A DNA stretch of 64,000 bases from assembly GCA_051546255.1 (NCBI GenBank), contig CP128817.1:248001-312000 (forward strand). Direction: 5' to 3'. Origin of the DNA: Meyerozyma guilliermondii (taxonomy: Eukaryota). Below, one piece after another: positions 61,104 to 64,000 of this stretch. Positions within the stretch are counted from its first letter, which is position 1. Every line of letters begins with the position of its first letter. A model generated the notes under the pieces. The model ran no database searches. It was not told where the DNA came from and saw only the letters and a list, made by a program, of their open reading frames with translations. The translations under genes were made by a program, and so were the position numbers.

Positions 61104-61799
61104 TTACTTTTCTATGATTTTATTTATGAACTTCATCACCTCAGTAAGCTCTTCGTCACTGGCAGTGTGTGCTATCCCAGGGTACGAGTGGAACGTCAAG
61201 TTTTTGTATCCCATATCTTTGAAATACTGACTGGTTTGTTCACCATAGGAAAAGTTCACCACCGGGTCTGCAGTGCCATGGCCCTGGAATATGGGAGTCT
61301 GATAATTAGTACCATCTTTATTGCTCTTGGCTCCAAGCTCTTTACGAACTGGACAGAAACCAGATAAGGCCACCACTCCTCCAATCTTGATATCAAGCAA
61401 GGCGACAGTAGACAATGCGACGGCAGCACCTTGAGAAAACCCACCAATAATGATTTTGTCTGCACTTATATTGTGATCATTGATCTGTTCATTAATTAAT
61501 TTTTTCAAGTATTCGCAACTTGAAAAAAATCCATCGACATCTTGTCTTGCATCGGGGTTGCCAAACTCATGGATGTCAAACCATCCTGGCATTCTGTAGC
61601 CACCGTTGACTGTAATGGGGATCTCTGGGGCATTTGGAAACACATAGTTGATACTAGCAGTTTCTTTGATAATTCCGGCTTGCTTGATTAGTTCTGGAAA
61701 CCACGACCAGCCATTTCCAGTATCACCTAGTCCATGGAGAAATATAACAGCTGCCTTAGCTGGCTTTGAGGACGCTAAAACTTGTATCGGCTTCAACAT
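61104..61799 (-). CDS. Acyl-protein thioesterase 1 / lysophospholipase (YLR118C-like)
   Basis: IFLHGLGD, MPGWFDI, nucleophile GGFSQG, HGTADPVV and catalytic His in IAH. Start probably ATG 61799. Confidence 0.92.
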   Translation of the reverse strand: MLKPIQVLASSKPAKAAVIFLHGLGDTGNGWSWFPELIKQAGIIKETASINYVFPNAPEIPITVNGGYRMPGWFDIHEFGNPDARQDVDGFFSSCEYLKKLINEQINDHNISADKIIIGGFSQGAAVALSTVALLDIKIGGVVALSGFCPVRKELGAKSNKDGTNYQTPIFQGHGTADPVVNFSYGEQTSQYFKDMGYKNLTFHSYPGIAHTASDEELTEVMKFINKIIEK

Positions 61800-61871
61800 G
61801 GTAGAACTTCGCGCAGTGGACAGGAAATATATGTACACCGATCACGTGAAAACCATCATGGTAGGCTTTAC

Positions 61872-63122
61872 CTAAGCTGTAACCCTACTTTTCTTGGTTA
61901 CGTTCTCTTCAATAGGAGCTGCTTCTCTCTTGTTAGCATTTTCCAAGCATGCTACCTCATCTCTAGCCGCGGCTACTTGAAGTTTTCGAGTGTTCTGTTT
62001 TTCACCATTTACAGTTCTGAAGTATGGTTGACACCTCCAATAAGGTACAGTCTTGTAGGCACCTCCCCAATCTTGTACTTCTCCAGTAGTAATGACATCT
62101 TTCTCTTTGATTTTTTCATCAGTATAAATGTCTTGTACCAATTTTTCAACCTGTTCAACAATATCTTCCCAATTCTTGATATCAGCATGGACACTGGTTC
62201 TACCGATTACTGGTCTGAGTTCCTTATGAACGTTCAAAAATGCATGCAATATTTTAAAGAAGTGAGCCTTCATGGCGTGTTTGGATGCTTCTCCCGCACA
62301 AGACTTGACAATTTCAAAGTATTCTCTCAATAGTTTATCGACTCGAGGAAACTGCTTGTCGATATTATCTGTCTTTGTCCAGAAAACACCTGGATTGTAC
62401 AAGTTTCCTTCAGCAGACATCACGGCATCGGCTCCCGTTTCTTCGCGGCATCTTTGGAGATCACTGGGATACAAAATGTTCCCGTTTGCAAAGAAAACTT
62501 GATCCTTGGGAAGGTTATCGCGCAAGTACTTGAGCACTTTCCAGTTGGCTAAACCGGTGGCTTGGCCCTTCATGTCTCTAGTACGGCCATGAACGGTAAT
62601 GAACTGGGCCCCGGCATCCAAAACCATCTTTGCGTATGCCAAGGACTTTTCCCAATCATCATAAACTCTAATTTTGGCAGTCACTGGACACTTTAAATTA
62701 TCGTGAAGAGTTCGAATTAACTTGTGCACCAAATCCCAATCGTCCATCAAGAACGCTCCATATTTCCCTTTCTTGGCGATTCCTTGCGGACATCCCAAGT
62801 TCAAGTCTACGGCATCACACTTGTCTTCTACAAGCTTGGCTGCTTCTAGCAAATAATTTGGGTCATTGGCACAAAATTGAACTATCAATGGACGATCGAG
62901 TTCTCGATCACCGTCTTGTTCTGACCACATATTTTGCCTGTATTTCTCTTCTGTGGCAAATAAACGGGCATGGAACATGGGGGTATAGCATAATTCTGCT
63001 CCGTATCTTCGAGAGATGATTCTCCATGCCAACTCTGACTGATCCACCATTGGCGCTACGATAGTTGTCGGGCGGCCAATAGCCTCAAATAGTTCACGAC
63101 CCTTAAGCTTGTTTTGTGTCAT
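61872..63122 (-). CDS. DUS1: tRNA-dihydrouridine(16/17) synthase
   Basis: VAPMVDQSELAWR, DRPLIVQFCAND, DLNLGCPQ, VHGRT and VMSAEGNLYNP. First ATG at 63122; PAC core GATGAG at 63217. Confidence 0.94.
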   Translation of the reverse strand: MTQNKLKGRELFEAIGRPTTIVAPMVDQSELAWRIISRRYGAELCYTPMFHARLFATEEKYRQNMWSEQDGDRELDRPLIVQFCANDPNYLLEAAKLVEDKCDAVDLNLGCPQGIAKKGKYGAFLMDDWDLVHKLIRTLHDNLKCPVTAKIRVYDDWEKSLAYAKMVLDAGAQFITVHGRTRDMKGQATGLANWKVLKYLRDNLPKDQVFFANGNILYPSDLQRCREETGADAVMSAEGNLYNPGVFWTKTDNIDKQFPRVDKLLREYFEIVKSCAGEASKHAMKAHFFKILHAFLNVHKELRPVIGRTSVHADIKNWEDIVEQVEKLVQDIYTDEKIKEKDVITTGEVQDWGGAYKTVPYWRCQPYFRTVNGEKQNTRKLQVAAARDEVACLENANKREAAPIEENVTKKSRVTA

Positions 63123-63279
63123 GGTAGCCAATCCTCTGACAAATTTTTGGGTCCAGATTCGAGGTATTATTGTGGTCTAGGTATATTGCAAATAGTTTCT
63201 TTTGGATTTTTTTTCTGATGAGCGCTGAGAATCTTACATGTGGCTGCAACATAAAATGCGTTAAAAATACAATAAATAG

Positions 63280-64000
63280 TTATTTGGTCCTTGAGAGATG
63301 GGATATACGGTTTTTGAGGGCTTCGGCTAACGTCACTGCCATGGGCCATACAGGGGCATCCGCGAGTATTCGAACACCAAGTGCCAACGATCTCAAAGAG
63401 AGCTTGGTGGCTCTGATTGATGCCAAGATTGTTTCCGAGTCCGAGCCTTGTTCCACCAACTTACGCACCGGTAAAACCTTTGATGCATCGACCGAATGCT
63501 CTCTGATGAATTCGGCATAGAAGGCATCGTCTCTGATTGGTGCTAATACTTGTTCAACTTCGTTTAAAAGTGACTCACACAGAATCCACAAAACCTGATC
63601 ACGGGCCCGTACGTTAGCGGCCCTTGATTCAAGTTCGAGCTTCAGCACGTACTGAGAAACGAAAATTATAGCAAAGAATGCACATGTAACGAAAAATACT
63701 GGAGTCCTTAAAGATGTCCTCTTCGCATCGTTAACCACGGAAATGTTCTGCGTCCATATCCGAAGGGTATCCAATGCATACTCAGTACATTCTTTCAAGC
63801 TGTCAATATCATAGTCGTCACGATCGAGGATGACATTGAACCCTGCCCATTCTTTTGCAATCACCTTTTCCATTATGGGTCTAAAATTGAAACAAAGTCT
63901 CATCTTGGCATACCCATGTAATGGCAATATCAATTTGAACGAGCTCTGTGCGTGAAGCATGTGGTTGTTATGCTTGTTAACAGATAAGATGCCACCATTT
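63280..64000 (-). CDS. 3' part of an uncharacterised gene running off the window edge (possibly a fungal transcription-factor C-terminal region)
   Basis: The frame of the 226-aa ORF stays open upstream of 63960 to the window end (NGGILSVNKHNNH). Helical, hydrophobic character; family not securely recognised. Confidence 0.55.
   Translation of the reverse strand, partial: NGGILSVNKHNNHMLHAQSSFKLILPLHGYAKMRLCFNFRPIMEKVIAKEWAGFNVILDRDDYDIDSLKECTEYALDTLRIWTQNISVVNDAKRTSLRTPVFFVTCAFFAIIFVSQYVLKLELESRAANVRARDQVLWILCESLLNEVEQVLAPIRDDAFYAEFIREHSVDASKVLPVRKLVEQGSDSETILASIRATKLSLRSLALGVRILADAPVWPMAVTLAEALKNRISHLSRTK

Noticed and set aside
61782..62333. 183-aa + strand ORF
   Set aside because: Antisense to DUS1 with a TTG start and no independent coding signal.

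Overview
Gene-dense eukaryotic DNA from a budding yeast of the CUG-Ser (CTG) clade. CTG codons fall at conserved serines, a complex I subunit is present, and introns have a short branchpoint-to-AG distance. The moderate GC content and very short intergenics would fit a Meyerozyma-like genome, which is an inference. The window holds 34 protein-coding genes, mostly housekeeping: DNF1/2-type flippase, a 2OG-Fe(II) oxygenase, CFT2, an NDUFS5-like subunit, MSL5, MTQ2, RUB1, CLF1, TRE1/2-like, REC8-like, LSP1/PIL1, HAT1, DUR1,2, DUR3, VPS36, HYM1, BAT1, MNL1, GPI13, SNF6, SCH9, MRPL24, RPL36, CMC4, PUT7-like, RIX7, HSP12, ESF2, DOP1, an acyl-protein thioesterase, DUS1 and three uncharacterised ORFs. 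It also holds one tRNA-Leu(UAA). I found no mobile element, CRISPR array or convincing novel multi-gene system. The most notable items are hidden from the ORF track: a probable H/ACA snoRNA (snR11-like) at about 47.3-47.6 kb, a spliced RPL36 with a strongly base-paired intron, a probable 5'-UTR intron in SCH9, a 43-nt 3'-terminal intron that swaps the C-terminus of an unknown mitochondrial-type protein, divergent SNF6 and REC8 orthologues, and a DUR1,2-DUR3 urea cluster with GATA and Ppr1-type sites. All family calls come from recognised motifs and recalled yeast homologues; no database searches were run.
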